DNA of 64,000 bases from positions 2,813-66,812 of the forward strand of contig JBDRCY010000026.1 of assembly GCA_043821265.1 (NCBI GenBank). Direction: 5' to 3'. Below the pieces are notes generated by a model, which ran no database searches, was not told the DNA's origin, and was given only the letters and a program-made list of their open reading frames with translations. Of this stretch, positions 29,286-38,353 are shown piece after piece. The position numbers and the translations under genes were made by a program. How positions within the stretch are numbered: the first letter of the stretch is position 1; the number at the start of each line of letters is the position of its first letter. The stretch comes from Chloroflexota bacterium (lineage in GTDB: Bacteria > Chloroflexota > Dehalococcoidia > Dehalococcoidales > JBDRCY01).

Positions 29286-29858
29286 ATGAAAAGGCTGCTG
29301 CTCGGGTTCTCGGGACTGGTCGGCTTTTGGCTCGTCATTTCTCCTTGGTTCTTAAATTACCGCTTTTTGGCGGGCCGCTGGTACGACTTCGCCGCCGGTG
29401 TGGTTGTTCTGCTGGTAGTGGTACTATTTATCGTGGTTGGCTCTAAGCACAGGGCTCTCAGTATTGTGCCGTCATGGCTTATCGGGGTTATCGGCGTCTG
29501 GCTCATTGTATCCGGGGCTATTCTGCTGGGGGCTGGTGGGGGAGCCGGACGGTGGAATGAGATTATCCCTGGTATCCTGCTGGTGATTTCGGTCCTTAAG
29601 GCCGCTCAGATTGTGGAAGGCGCAGTAGTGCGCCTCTATACCAGGGAGGGGGCCGTAATGGTGGAGGCTTCCAAGCTAGAGCGCCGGGGTGATGACTTGG
29701 TGATGAAGGGTAAGATAATGGGGGCGATGCCGGCTACTATCTATATACGTCCCGAGGAGGTATGGGCCGGACTGGGGCTCGTTACTAGGCAGATACTCTT
29801 TTATTTACCCCTTCTCCTTATCAGGGGCTGGCTCCGGCGAAACAGCTTAAAGCGCTAG
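29286..29858 (+). CDS. Membrane protein with SPW-type motifs, function unknown
   Basis: 190 aa. About 4 hydrophobic helices with VISPWFL and VPSWLIG, then a ~70-aa soluble segment and a terminal helix. Confidence 0.5.
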   Translation: MKRLLLGFSGLVGFWLVISPWFLNYRFLAGRWYDFAAGVVVLLVVVLFIVVGSKHRALSIVPSWLIGVIGVWLIVSGAILLGAGGGAGRWNEIIPGILLVISVLKAAQIVEGAVVRLYTREGAVMVEASKLERRGDDLVMKGKIMGAMPATIYIRPEEVWAGLGLVTRQILFYLPLLLIRGWLRRNSLKR

Positions 29859-29906
29859 GGGCTGGGTAGTATATAATACAAGAGTAATAGTAAAGGAGTT
29901 GTGGAC

Positions 29907-31478
29907 ATGGCTGAATACGATGTAGTGGTAGCCGGTGGGGGACACAATGGACTGATAGTGGCCGCATATCTGGCCAAGGCAGGGCTTAGTGTCTGTGTGG
30001 TGGAGAAGCAGGAGTACGTCGGTGGTGGGGTGGTTACCCGGGAAGTAACCCTGCCGGGGTTTAAGCATGACCTTGGTTCCTTAAACCATTCCGTTATCCA
30101 TATGAACCCGCTTCTGGAGCGCGACGAGCTGGGCCTTTTTTCCAAATACGGGCTGGAATACGTCTTTCCGGAGGCTCCTACCGCGCTGACCTTTCCCGAT
30201 GGCCGGTCTATAATACTCTATCGGGATATCGACAAGATGTGTGCCACTATAGAGCAGTTCTCCCGTAAGGATGCCGATACCTATCGTAAAATACACGATT
30301 GGGGAAAGAAACTCCTGGAGATGTCGTTTACCGGCTTGTTCTCCGGGCCTCCTCCCCTGGGCCCCTTTTTCTCGGTGCTGGAGCAGAGCGAGGAAGGGCA
30401 GGAGATGATGCGGGCCATGCTGATGAGCGGACGGGATACCGCTAACGAGTGGTTTGAGAGCGATGAGGCGAAAATGCTGGCCACCAGGTTCGGGGCCAAG
30501 TCCGGTATGGACCCTCAGGTTCAGGGGAATGGGTTCAGCTTCATCGCCTTTGTTCCCTTCTTCCATAAGTGTGGCTGTGGGGTGCCGGTAGGTGGCTCCG
30601 GTGTGCTTAGTGACCTCCTGGCGAAGTGCCTGGAGGACGATGGCGGTACCATCAGGACCTCGAGCACGGTCAAGAGGTTCAAGGTGGAGGGGGGTGAGGC
30701 CAAGGGCGTTATCCTGGATAGTGGCGAGGAAATCCTGGCCAAAAGGGCGGTGGTGACTAACTTAAGTATCCGGCAGCTCCCGGGCATGCTGGACGAGGGT
30801 GATTTACCCCCCGGTTTTGCCAGCAGGGTAAACCGGCTCTTGCCTTCATGCCATAGCCCCTTAGTGATGCACCTGGCCTTAAATGAGGCGCCGAATTATG
30901 GCGAGGGTAGCGAACTGAACAAGGTATGGTATGTCATGCCGGTGCCGGCGACAACCGAGCAATATTACCGGGGCTTTGACGGCTTTAAGTACGGTGAGCC
31001 GGCAGTTGACTTTGGACTGGCCGGTTGCAGCACAATTTATGACCCCAGCCGGGCCCCCGAGGGCAAGCATACCCTTTATCTCTTCCACTTTGAGCCCTAT
31101 AACCTTAAGGGTGGAGCCGAAAGGTGGGATGAGGTAAAGGATGAGGTGGCCAAGGGCGTTCTGGAGGATTTACGGAAGCATACTACTAACATGGGTGATG
31201 AGAATATTCTGGGGAAGTGTATATTCTCCCCCTACGATTTCGCCCGCTATAACCCCGCCTGGGTACAGGGCGACCACGGCCATATCGGGGCCTTCTTCCA
31301 CCAGACCTTTGCCATGAGACCCATATTCGGCTGGGGACAGTACCGCATGCCGCCTGAGAAACTCTATCTCTGCGGGCCCAGTGCTCATCCCGGTGGTGGG
31401 GTAACTGGCGGCAGTCGTTCCACGGCCATCGTCATCATGGAGGACCTGGGTATCGACTTCGAGAAGATCATTAAGTAG
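29907..31478 (+). CDS. Phytoene-desaturase-like (CrtI/COG1233-type) FAD/NAD(P) oxidoreductase
   Basis: MAEYDVVVAGGGHNGLIVAAYLAKAG, C-terminal LYLCGPSAHPGGGVTG. ATG at 29907 sits 8 nt after AAGGAG. Confidence 0.8.
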   Translation: MAEYDVVVAGGGHNGLIVAAYLAKAGLSVCVVEKQEYVGGGVVTREVTLPGFKHDLGSLNHSVIHMNPLLERDELGLFSKYGLEYVFPEAPTALTFPDGRSIILYRDIDKMCATIEQFSRKDADTYRKIHDWGKKLLEMSFTGLFSGPPPLGPFFSVLEQSEEGQEMMRAMLMSGRDTANEWFESDEAKMLATRFGAKSGMDPQVQGNGFSFIAFVPFFHKCGCGVPVGGSGVLSDLLAKCLEDDGGTIRTSSTVKRFKVEGGEAKGVILDSGEEILAKRAVVTNLSIRQLPGMLDEGDLPPGFASRVNRLLPSCHSPLVMHLALNEAPNYGEGSELNKVWYVMPVPATTEQYYRGFDGFKYGEPAVDFGLAGCSTIYDPSRAPEGKHTLYLFHFEPYNLKGGAERWDEVKDEVAKGVLEDLRKHTTNMGDENILGKCIFSPYDFARYNPAWVQGDHGHIGAFFHQTFAMRPIFGWGQYRMPPEKLYLCGPSAHPGGGVTGGSRSTAIVIMEDLGIDFEKIIK

Positions 31479-31529
31479 CCGATATGCTTATGCTGCCTTG
31501 GTGAAAGCGATGGCCCAGTTGCGGGGGCT

Positions 31530-32390
31530 TTAGTCGCTGTAGAAGGATAAGGCGACCTGCGGCCCGGCGGCGCACGACATCACCGGCGTATAGGCGGTGG
31601 TATAGACCTCCACACAATTCAATTCGGCGGTAATAATTTCCCTCAGCCTATCAGCCTCCTCGGGATTATCCGAATAGTGCACCATGAGATGTAACGGCTT
31701 TTTGATATCCAGGTGCTTCTTGGCCGTGGCCACTAGCCTGAGCAGGCATTTTTGTTTGCCCCGGGCCCGGCCCAGGGCATCGACCATGCCGGTGCCGCTA
31801 ACTATGCCGATGATTGGTTTCACCTGCATCAGGTTGCCGATGAAGCCAGCGACCTTGGGGGCGCGGCCGGTTTTAATCAGGTACTTGAGGGTATCCAGGG
31901 CGGCCACGAATTTCACCCTTGGTATCATGTTATGGGCCACCTCGATGACTTTGGCCACGCTTCTACCTGCCTTGGCGGCGCGGGCGGCTTCTAAGACGAT
32001 GAAACCGAGCGCACCGGCGGCGGTCTTGCTATCGATAATCTCGATTTTAAGACGGGGATTTTTCTCGGTTACTATTTTCTTAGCCTGGACCGCCGACTCG
32101 TGGGTGGCGCTCAGCGCTTTCGGTAGCAGGATGCAAACGATGTTGTTGGTAACCTTGCCCAGTTCGGTAAAGGTATCGGCAAAATCCTGCGGGTTGGCCG
32201 CACTGGTGGAGGGCGGTTCCTTGAGGTCTTTGAATATACTCCAGAATTCGGCGGGGGTGATGTCTATCTGGTCCCGGTACGGTTTGCCATTAATAACGAT
32301 GCCTACCGGTACTACGCGGATACCGTATTCCTCAATTAACTCTGGAGGCAGGCAATTGGTGCTGTCGGTGACAATACCTACTTTTGACAT
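31530..32390 (-). CDS. DegV-family fatty-acid-binding protein
   Basis: 286 aa. VGIVTDSTNCLP, IIDSKTAAGALGFIVLEAA. Confidence 0.88.
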   Translation of the reverse strand: MSKVGIVTDSTNCLPPELIEEYGIRVVPVGIVINGKPYRDQIDITPAEFWSIFKDLKEPPSTSAANPQDFADTFTELGKVTNNIVCILLPKALSATHESAVQAKKIVTEKNPRLKIEIIDSKTAAGALGFIVLEAARAAKAGRSVAKVIEVAHNMIPRVKFVAALDTLKYLIKTGRAPKVAGFIGNLMQVKPIIGIVSGTGMVDALGRARGKQKCLLRLVATAKKHLDIKKPLHLMVHYSDNPEEADRLREIITAELNCVEVYTTAYTPVMSCAAGPQVALSFYSD

Positions 32391-32428
32391 TTGCTTTTCC
32401 CCCCTTCTGTTAGATTCATATTACGCTA

Positions 32429-33283
32429 CTAAGAGTAGAAGGATAGTGCCAGAACCGGCCCGGTATGGGCGGCGATGACCGGGGTGTATTCGGTCATATA
32501 GAGTTCGGCACAATTGTACTTACTGGTGACCAGTTCCTTCAGTTGCTCACCGTCCTCCCGGTTGTCGGTGTAATGCACCATTATATGTAGCGGCTTGGTG
32601 GTATCGGTATAGTTCTGCACCATGTCAACCAGCTTGAGCATGGTTTTTCTCTTGCCCCTGGCCCGTGACGCTGGCTCCACTGAACCGGTCTCGTTGTTAT
32701 TGGTAAGGATTGGTTTCACCTGTAGCAGGTCTCCAATCATGGCTACCTTGGGGGCTCGGCCTCCCTTGATGAGATATTTCAGGGTATCCAGTGCGACGAG
32801 GTACTTTACCTTGGGTATCAGGCTGTTAACCAGCTCAACCACCTCGGCCAGGCTTTTACCCGCCTTGGCGGCACGGGCGGCTTCCAGGACGATAAAGCCC
32901 AGGGCACCGGTGGCGGTTTTGGAGTTGATAACCTCTATATTAAGATTGGGCCGTTCCGCCTGAACCAATTCCTTGGCTTTAATGGCTGAATCATAGGTGC
33001 CGCTTAAGGGCTGGGATACCACGATGCAGGCGATATTATCGGTGGCTTGGCCCAATTCCTTGAAGTAAGCGGCAAAGTCGCCGGGGCTGACGGCGCTGGT
33101 GGTGGGCATTTCCTCCAGGCCTTTGAACATCTTCCAGAATCGGGTGGGGGTGATGTCTACCTGGTCCCGGTAGGGCTTGCCTCCGATGATCAGTACCACC
33201 GAAGCCACGCGTATACCGTATTCGGCGATTAGCTCTGCCGGCAGGCAGTTGGTGGTGTCGGTAACAATACCTACTGGGGACAT
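32429..33283 (-). CDS. DegV-family fatty-acid-binding protein (tandem paralog)
   Basis: MSPVGIVTDTTNCLP start at 33283, preceded by AGGAGG. The longer ORF to 33412 would overlap fabG. Confidence 0.88.
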   Translation of the reverse strand: MSPVGIVTDTTNCLPAELIAEYGIRVASVVLIIGGKPYRDQVDITPTRFWKMFKGLEEMPTTSAVSPGDFAAYFKELGQATDNIACIVVSQPLSGTYDSAIKAKELVQAERPNLNIEVINSKTATGALGFIVLEAARAAKAGKSLAEVVELVNSLIPKVKYLVALDTLKYLIKGGRAPKVAMIGDLLQVKPILTNNNETGSVEPASRARGKRKTMLKLVDMVQNYTDTTKPLHIMVHYTDNREDGEQLKELVTSKYNCAELYMTEYTPVIAAHTGPVLALSFYS

Positions 33284-33308
33284 TTTATCTAAGGCCTCCT
33301 TTACGGGT

Positions 33309-34058
33309 CTATATGACACCGCCGTCAATGCAGATAACCTGTGCCGTAATGTAGCTGGCCCGTTCGCTGGCCAGGAAGGCGGCCAGCTCGGCCACATCCT
33401 CCGGCCGGCCAAAACGCTTTAAGGGGATACGGGAGAGAATGGCCTCCTGGGTCTCCTGGGGTAACCTATCTGTCATCTCGGTAACGATGAACCCGGGGGC
33501 GATGGTATTGGCGGTGATGTTCAGCGAACCCACCTCGCGCGCTACGCTCTTGGTAAAGGCGATGAGTCCGCCCTTGGCTGCGGAGTAGTTCGCCTGCCCC
33601 TGATTTCCCACCAGGCCGGCCAGAGAGGAGATATTGATGATACGACCCCACTGCTCAGCCATCATGGAGCGCAGGGCGAACTTGGTGCAGAGATAAGCAC
33701 CGCGCAGGTTGGTATCGAGTACCTCATCCCAGGCATCGTCGCTCATTCGCGGCAGCAGGTTATCCCTGGTAATACCGGCGTTGTTTACCAGGATATCAAT
33801 CCGGCCCCATTTCGCGGTAATTTCGCTGGTCATGGACCTTACCGCTTTAGCATCGGCCACATTGGCCTTCATCAGCATGGACTCTCCGCCGCCACTCTCA
33901 ATCTTCCGGGCTACCTTGCTGGCCTCGGTATCATTGGCTACGTAGTTGATGGCCACCCTGGCATCGAGGCTGGCCAACTTGATGGCGATGGCCCTGCCCA
34001 GCCCCCGCGATGCTCCCGTTACCAGGGCTACCTTTCCCTCCAGTTCTCTTGAAGCCAT
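33309..34058 (-). CDS. fabG: 3-oxoacyl-ACP reductase
   Basis: 249 aa. ALVTGASRGLGRAIA, NISSLAGLVGNQGQANYSAAKGG. Confidence 0.9.
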   Translation of the reverse strand: MASRELEGKVALVTGASRGLGRAIAIKLASLDARVAINYVANDTEASKVARKIESGGGESMLMKANVADAKAVRSMTSEITAKWGRIDILVNNAGITRDNLLPRMSDDAWDEVLDTNLRGAYLCTKFALRSMMAEQWGRIINISSLAGLVGNQGQANYSAAKGGLIAFTKSVAREVGSLNITANTIAPGFIVTEMTDRLPQETQEAILSRIPLKRFGRPEDVAELAAFLASERASYITAQVICIDGGVI

Positions 34059-34067
34059 TTTACTCCT

Positions 34068-35297
34068 TTACGCGGCGCGTCTTATAACGATGCAGCAGTT
34101 CTGTCCGCCCATGCCGAAGGAGTTGGAGAGACATATATTAACTGGCTGATGGCGTGCCTTATTGGGCACATAATCGAGGTCACAGTCCGGGTCGGGGGTT
34201 TCGTAGTTGGTGGTGGGCGGGATAATGCCGGAGTTGATGCTCTTGACGACGGCCACGGCTTCCACGGCCCCGGCGGCGCAGGCCATATGCCCGATCATCG
34301 ATTTGATGGAGCTTACGGGTATCTGGTAGGCCTTCTTCCCGAAGGCCATCTTGATGGCCTGGCTCTCGGCGCTGTCGTTGAGCTTGGTGCCGGTGCCGTG
34401 GGCATTGATATAATCGACCTCTTCCGGTGAGATACCGGCGTCCTCGATGGCCATTTTCATGGCTTGGGCCTGCATTTCGGCATCGGGGGCAACATCGTTA
34501 TAGGCGTCAAACGACCAGCCCGCCCCGGCCAGTTCCGCCAGTATGGGCACCTTACGCTTGCGGACATGTTCTTCGGTTTCCAGTATGACTATGCCGGCCC
34601 CCTCGCTGTGAATAAAACCGTCCCGGTTGAGGTCGAAGGGGCGGCTGGCTTTCTGTGGGTCCGGGTTTCGCGACAGGGCGCCCACCCGGCCGCAGCTGGC
34701 GACAGCGATGGGGGTTACCTGCGACTCGGCTCCGCCGGCAATCATGACATCGGCATGTCCCAGGCGGAGATGGTTCAGTGCGGTGCCCAGGGCATCGCTT
34801 CCGCTGGCGCAGGCGCTGTTCAGGCTCAAATTAGGCCCCTTAAGGCCGAATACCAGGCCTACCTGTCCCGGCACCATGCTTGGTGCCACCTTGTTGATAA
34901 GCAGCGGGTCGACCCTCATCGGCCCGCGTTTCTTGATGGTCTCACCGAATTCAGCTAGCAGGGAGACCATGCCGCTGGTGGCAATTACTACCCCCACCCT
35001 TTCCGGCCTCTCCCGGGATATGTCCAGGCCCGCTTCCGCTATCGCCATTTTAGTGGCGGCGATGGCGAACTGGGTGCAGCGGGCGGTGCGGTCAACTCGC
35101 TTGATGTGCATATAATTGGTGGGTTCAAAGCCCTTCACCTCGGCGGCTATCTTGATGGGGTAAGAGCTGGCATCGAACTGCGTTATCGGGCCGATGCCGG
35201 ACCGGCCGTTGATTAGTCCCTGCCAGTAGGACTCCACGTCCAGCCCCAGGGGGGTGATGGCACCGAGCCCGGTAATAAACACTCTACGATTCGACAA
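34068..35297 (-). CDS. fabF: Beta-ketoacyl-ACP synthase II
   Basis: NSACASGSDA, NAHGTGTKLND, IGHMACAAG, NSFGMGGQN. TTG start at 35297 lies 5 nt after GAGGAGG and gives about 410 aa. The ORF track start at 35369 overlaps fabL by 86 nt. Confidence 0.9.
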   Translation of the reverse strand: MSNRRVFITGLGAITPLGLDVESYWQGLINGRSGIGPITQFDASSYPIKIAAEVKGFEPTNYMHIKRVDRTARCTQFAIAATKMAIAEAGLDISRERPERVGVVIATSGMVSLLAEFGETIKKRGPMRVDPLLINKVAPSMVPGQVGLVFGLKGPNLSLNSACASGSDALGTALNHLRLGHADVMIAGGAESQVTPIAVASCGRVGALSRNPDPQKASRPFDLNRDGFIHSEGAGIVILETEEHVRKRKVPILAELAGAGWSFDAYNDVAPDAEMQAQAMKMAIEDAGISPEEVDYINAHGTGTKLNDSAESQAIKMAFGKKAYQIPVSSIKSMIGHMACAAGAVEAVAVVKSINSGIIPPTTNYETPDPDCDLDYVPNKARHQPVNICLSNSFGMGGQNCCIVIRRAA

Positions 35298-36084
35298 CTT
35301 GGCCTCCTCGGTTAAGGTCTGCGGGGTTAAGGCCGACCGAGGATAGGGATTGGCCGCCGTCAATGACAATGATTTGTCCGTTTATCATCGCCGCCTCGTC
35401 GCTGGCGAGGAAGGCGACCACGTTGGCCACGTCCTCCGGCTGTACCATCCGGCCCACGGGCGTAGTCTGCCAGGCCCCCTTGGGCAGTGCCGGGTCACTG
35501 GTATATATCTTGAGGGTCTCCGTTTCCACGGCGGAGGGGGCTACCCCGTTGACGCAGATGCCCCTGGGGGCCAGCTCGGTGGCCAGGTAGCGCGTCAGTG
35601 CCTCCAGTGCGGCCTTGGATACACCTACGGCGGTGTAAACGGGCAGGGTCAGACGGGAGCCGAGGCTGGATATGCTCACCATCTTGCCGCCGTTCTGCAT
35701 CAAGTGAGCGGCCCTCTGGGCACAGAGCAGGAAGGCCCGGGCATTTATATCCATGGTCCAGTCCCAGCTTCTACTATCCAGGTCGAGGGCGGGGCGGGCA
35801 ACGCCAGAGGCGGCGTTACTTATGAATATGTCCAGCCGGCCGAACTTCGCCTCTATCTCATCGAACATTTGGTCTATCTTTTCCGGTTCGCCCACATTGG
35901 CCTTGATGGTGTGGGCGCTAACACCCTTGTCCCGGGCTTCCTGGGCGGTGAGGTTGGCGGCCTCTCGCTTGCGGAAGTAATTAATAATGACGTCAGCCCC
36001 CTCTGAGGCTAATTTCAGGGTAATGGCCCGGCCAATTCCCCGGGAGCCGCCGGTTATCAGGGCGATTTTACCTTTGAATGACAT
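35284..36084 (-). CDS. fabL: Enoyl-ACP reductase, FabL-type SDR
   Basis: 266 aa. Co-linear by eye with B. subtilis FabL as I remember it (ITGGSRGIGRA, KANVGEPEKI, FGRLDIF, NNAASGV, WDWTMDINA, VSISSLGS, YTAVGVSKAALEALTRYLA). Confidence 0.75.
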   Translation of the reverse strand: MSFKGKIALITGGSRGIGRAITLKLASEGADVIINYFRKREAANLTAQEARDKGVSAHTIKANVGEPEKIDQMFDEIEAKFGRLDIFISNAASGVARPALDLDSRSWDWTMDINARAFLLCAQRAAHLMQNGGKMVSISSLGSRLTLPVYTAVGVSKAALEALTRYLATELAPRGICVNGVAPSAVETETLKIYTSDPALPKGAWQTTPVGRMVQPEDVANVVAFLASDEAAMINGQIIVIDGGQSLSSVGLNPADLNRGGQVVES

Positions 36085-36107
36085 CTTCTACCTCGTTAGC
36101 ACGGCGG

Positions 36108-36350
36108 CTATTTCCTTTCCGCTGCCTTGCGCTCGATGTAAGCGATAAAGTCGCCCATATTTTGGGCGTCCTTGAGCTCCTCGTCCACTATCTCGATGTC
36201 GTAGGTATCTTCCAGGGCGACCAGTATTTGCACGATATCGAGTGAGTCAGCCTGTAAATCCTTGAAGGTGGTGGTGGGGGTGAAATCCACATCCGGCTTG
36301 CGTACGATCTTGGTCACAATCTTCTTTACCGTTTCTTCAACTGTTGGCAT
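36108..36350 (-). CDS. acpP: Acyl carrier protein
   Basis: 80 aa. Phosphopantetheine site LQADSLDIVQ. Confidence 0.92.
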   Translation of the reverse strand: MPTVEETVKKIVTKIVRKPDVDFTPTTTFKDLQADSLDIVQILVALEDTYDIEIVDEELKDAQNMGDFIAYIERKAAERK

Positions 36351-36388
36351 GTAGCACTCCTTTGCTTATTTGGTCTCAACATCTTTGG

Positions 36389-37393
36389 TTATTCGGCTGT
36401 TTGCAGTTTACTGCGGGCGGCCGCCAGTTCGGCCTTCAGTGCGCCTAATATATCCTGTTCCACCGCTATCTTAGCCTGCTCGATTACCTTGACAATTTCG
36501 CCGTAATGGCAGCGGCCGTGGGCCACACAGGCGACCCCGTTTACCGCCAGTAATGGCCCCCCGCCCCGGGCATCGGCGGCATTGGTGGCCAGTATCAGGC
36601 TATCGGTAATCTCCTTGATATCGCTTTCGGGTAGTTTATTCTTTAGCTTATCTTCAAGCCACCGGGCGGTAATTTTCCCCAGGGACTCGCAGAATTTTAT
36701 CATGATATTGCCCACGAAACCATCGCAGATAATGACGTTGGCCTTGCCCAACGCTACGTCGTAGCCCTCCACATTGCCGATAAAGTTAAGCCCGCACTTC
36801 TGGAAGAGGGGATAGCTGGCCCTTACCTGTTCATTGCCCTTGCCCTCTTCGGCGCCGATGCTGAGGAGGGCCACGGTGGGATTGGGGATATTCATGAATT
36901 TGCGGGCGAGCACGGTGCCCACGATGGCGAAATCTATGAGCTGGTCCGGCCGGCAATCTACGTTGCCACCGCAGTCCATCACGACGGTATTTGGGGCGAA
37001 ACCGAGGAAGGCACCGCCTACCACGGGGCGGGCTATCCCCTCCACGGTGCCCAGTACCCCCAGGGCTGACGCTACTACTCCGCCCGTAGGCCCGGCACTG
37101 ACCATGGCATCCGCCCGGCCGTCCCTTACCAGCTTGGTGGCGACCAGGATGGAGGCATTCCGCTTCTGGCGCAGGGCATAGGCGGGGTGTTCGCCCTCTA
37201 CCAGGTATTCATTGGTGGCTACGATGTCAATGTTAGCCCCCGAGGTGTCGTGCTTGGCCAGTTCTTTGTTGATGATATCCTCTGGCCCGACGAGTGTGAT
37301 ATCGACGCCGTACTGCTTGGCGGCTATCACTGCGCCCTTTACAATATCATCAGGGGCATGGTCGCCGCCCATGGCGTCAACTGCTATGCGCAT
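36389..37393 (-). CDS. plsX: Phosphate:acyl-ACP acyltransferase
   Basis: 334 aa. MRIAVDAMGGDHAP, FIGNVEG, CDGFVGN. Confidence 0.92.
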   Translation of the reverse strand: MRIAVDAMGGDHAPDDIVKGAVIAAKQYGVDITLVGPEDIINKELAKHDTSGANIDIVATNEYLVEGEHPAYALRQKRNASILVATKLVRDGRADAMVSAGPTGGVVASALGVLGTVEGIARPVVGGAFLGFAPNTVVMDCGGNVDCRPDQLIDFAIVGTVLARKFMNIPNPTVALLSIGAEEGKGNEQVRASYPLFQKCGLNFIGNVEGYDVALGKANVIICDGFVGNIMIKFCESLGKITARWLEDKLKNKLPESDIKEITDSLILATNAADARGGGPLLAVNGVACVAHGRCHYGEIVKVIEQAKIAVEQDILGALKAELAAARSKLQTAE

Positions 37394-37826
37394 TGCTCTT
37401 TACCTCTAGGCTGGCTTCTCCGGTGATTATGGACTCTCCCTTTTGATTCTGGACGGATATCTCGCAATCGACTTTGGTCTGCTCTCCGGCTTTTTCTATA
37501 CGGCGTACCTGGCCGTTAATGGTAACGGTATCGCCCGGCCGGGCGGGATTTCTAAACCTTACGTTGAGCTTACCCCCGATGAGCCAGCTTGGCCCGAAGG
37601 CGGCCGTCATCATCTGGGAGACATAGGCCAGGACGAGCATCCCGTGGGCGATAGTGCCGCCCAGTGGGGTCTTCTTGGCGAAATCCTCGTCTATGTGGAT
37701 GGGATTAAAATCCCGGCTGGCTTCGGCATAGAGGTTGATGTTCTCTTGGGTAACCGTCTTGCTAAGCCCGGGGAGATTCATCCCCTCGGTCAGTCTATCC
37801 AGTTCTAATGGTGGACTGTTTCCCAT
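37377..37826 (-). CDS. MaoC-like hot-dog dehydratase, catalytic type
   Basis: 149 aa. Hydratase-2 motif YAEASRDFNPIHIDEDFA with Asp and His present. Overlaps the plsX start by 17 nt. Confidence 0.8.
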   Translation of the reverse strand: MGNSPPLELDRLTEGMNLPGLSKTVTQENINLYAEASRDFNPIHIDEDFAKKTPLGGTIAHGMLVLAYVSQMMTAAFGPSWLIGGKLNVRFRNPARPGDTVTINGQVRRIEKAGEQTKVDCEISVQNQKGESIITGEASLEVKSNAHSS

Positions 37827-37831
37827 TTTAG

Positions 37832-38251
37832 TTAGCTATCCTCTGCTGGCTGCGGTAGTATAAAACCGGTTCTTCCGGCGAGAACCGGTTGGCCGCCCTG
37901 GTTACGGACATCGAGGGTAACGGTCAACAGGTGCAGTCTGCCTCGTTCCTGCTTCCGGCTCACTTTAGCATAGGAGGTGATAGTGTCGCCTATATTCGTG
38001 GCGTTGATGAAATCCAACTCCTGGGAGATATGTATCGTCCCCGGAGGTAGCGAGATAGCCTCACCCAGGGCGGCCATGGCATAGGCGGCTATCGCCGTGG
38101 GCGGGACGAGCCCACCGTCCCCATACCGGTTGCTATCCTCGACTGCCTTGAGGTAGGTGGCCACCGCGGCCGGCTCCAGCCGGTAGCTGGCCGGCGGGAA
38201 CTCGTAGCCTGGCTCAAGTTGGCTGAATTCGACCTTTGGCTGCTCTGGCAT
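37832..38251 (-). CDS. MaoC_dehydrat_N-like hot-dog protein, non-catalytic type
   Basis: 139 aa, hot-dog-sized, lacks the D-x-N-P-x-H motif. First gene of the fab operon, 5 nt upstream of its catalytic partner. Confidence 0.65.
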   Translation of the reverse strand: MPEQPKVEFSQLEPGYEFPPASYRLEPAAVATYLKAVEDSNRYGDGGLVPPTAIAAYAMAALGEAISLPPGTIHISQELDFINATNIGDTITSYAKVSRKQERGRLHLLTVTLDVRNQGGQPVLAGRTGFILPQPAEDS

Positions 38252-38288
38252 ACTATTTGACCCAGGGTTTTTTCTTCCGTATACTCAA

Positions 38289-38313
38289 TTTTGCATAGAC
38301 CATCTAGGTATAT
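38289..38313. promoter_or_regulatory. Degenerate copy of the ATACCTAG-N5-CTAGGTAT palindrome, just downstream of the fab operon promoter
   Basis: TTTTGCATAG-ACCAT-CTAGGTATAT. The right arm is perfect and the left arm matches 6/10. Confidence 0.45.
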
Positions 38314-38324
38314 CCTTGGAATGG

Positions 38325-38353
38325 ATATTACCAGCAGCCTGGGTCTTTGTCAA
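38325..38353 (-). promoter_or_regulatory. Sigma-70-like promoter of the fab operon
   Basis: Minus strand reads TTGACA (38353-38348), 17-nt spacer, TAATAT (38330-38325). About 70 nt upstream of the ATG at 38251. Confidence 0.55.

Noticed and set aside
31684-32478. 264-codon plus-strand ORF
   Set aside because: It is antisense to the first DegV gene. The composition is Ala/Ser/Arg-rich shadow-frame noise.
33284-33412. N-terminal extension of the second DegV ORF
   Set aside because: It overlaps the fabG 3-prime end. The internal ATG at 33283 has a perfect AGGAGG and starts exactly at the conserved DegV N-terminus.
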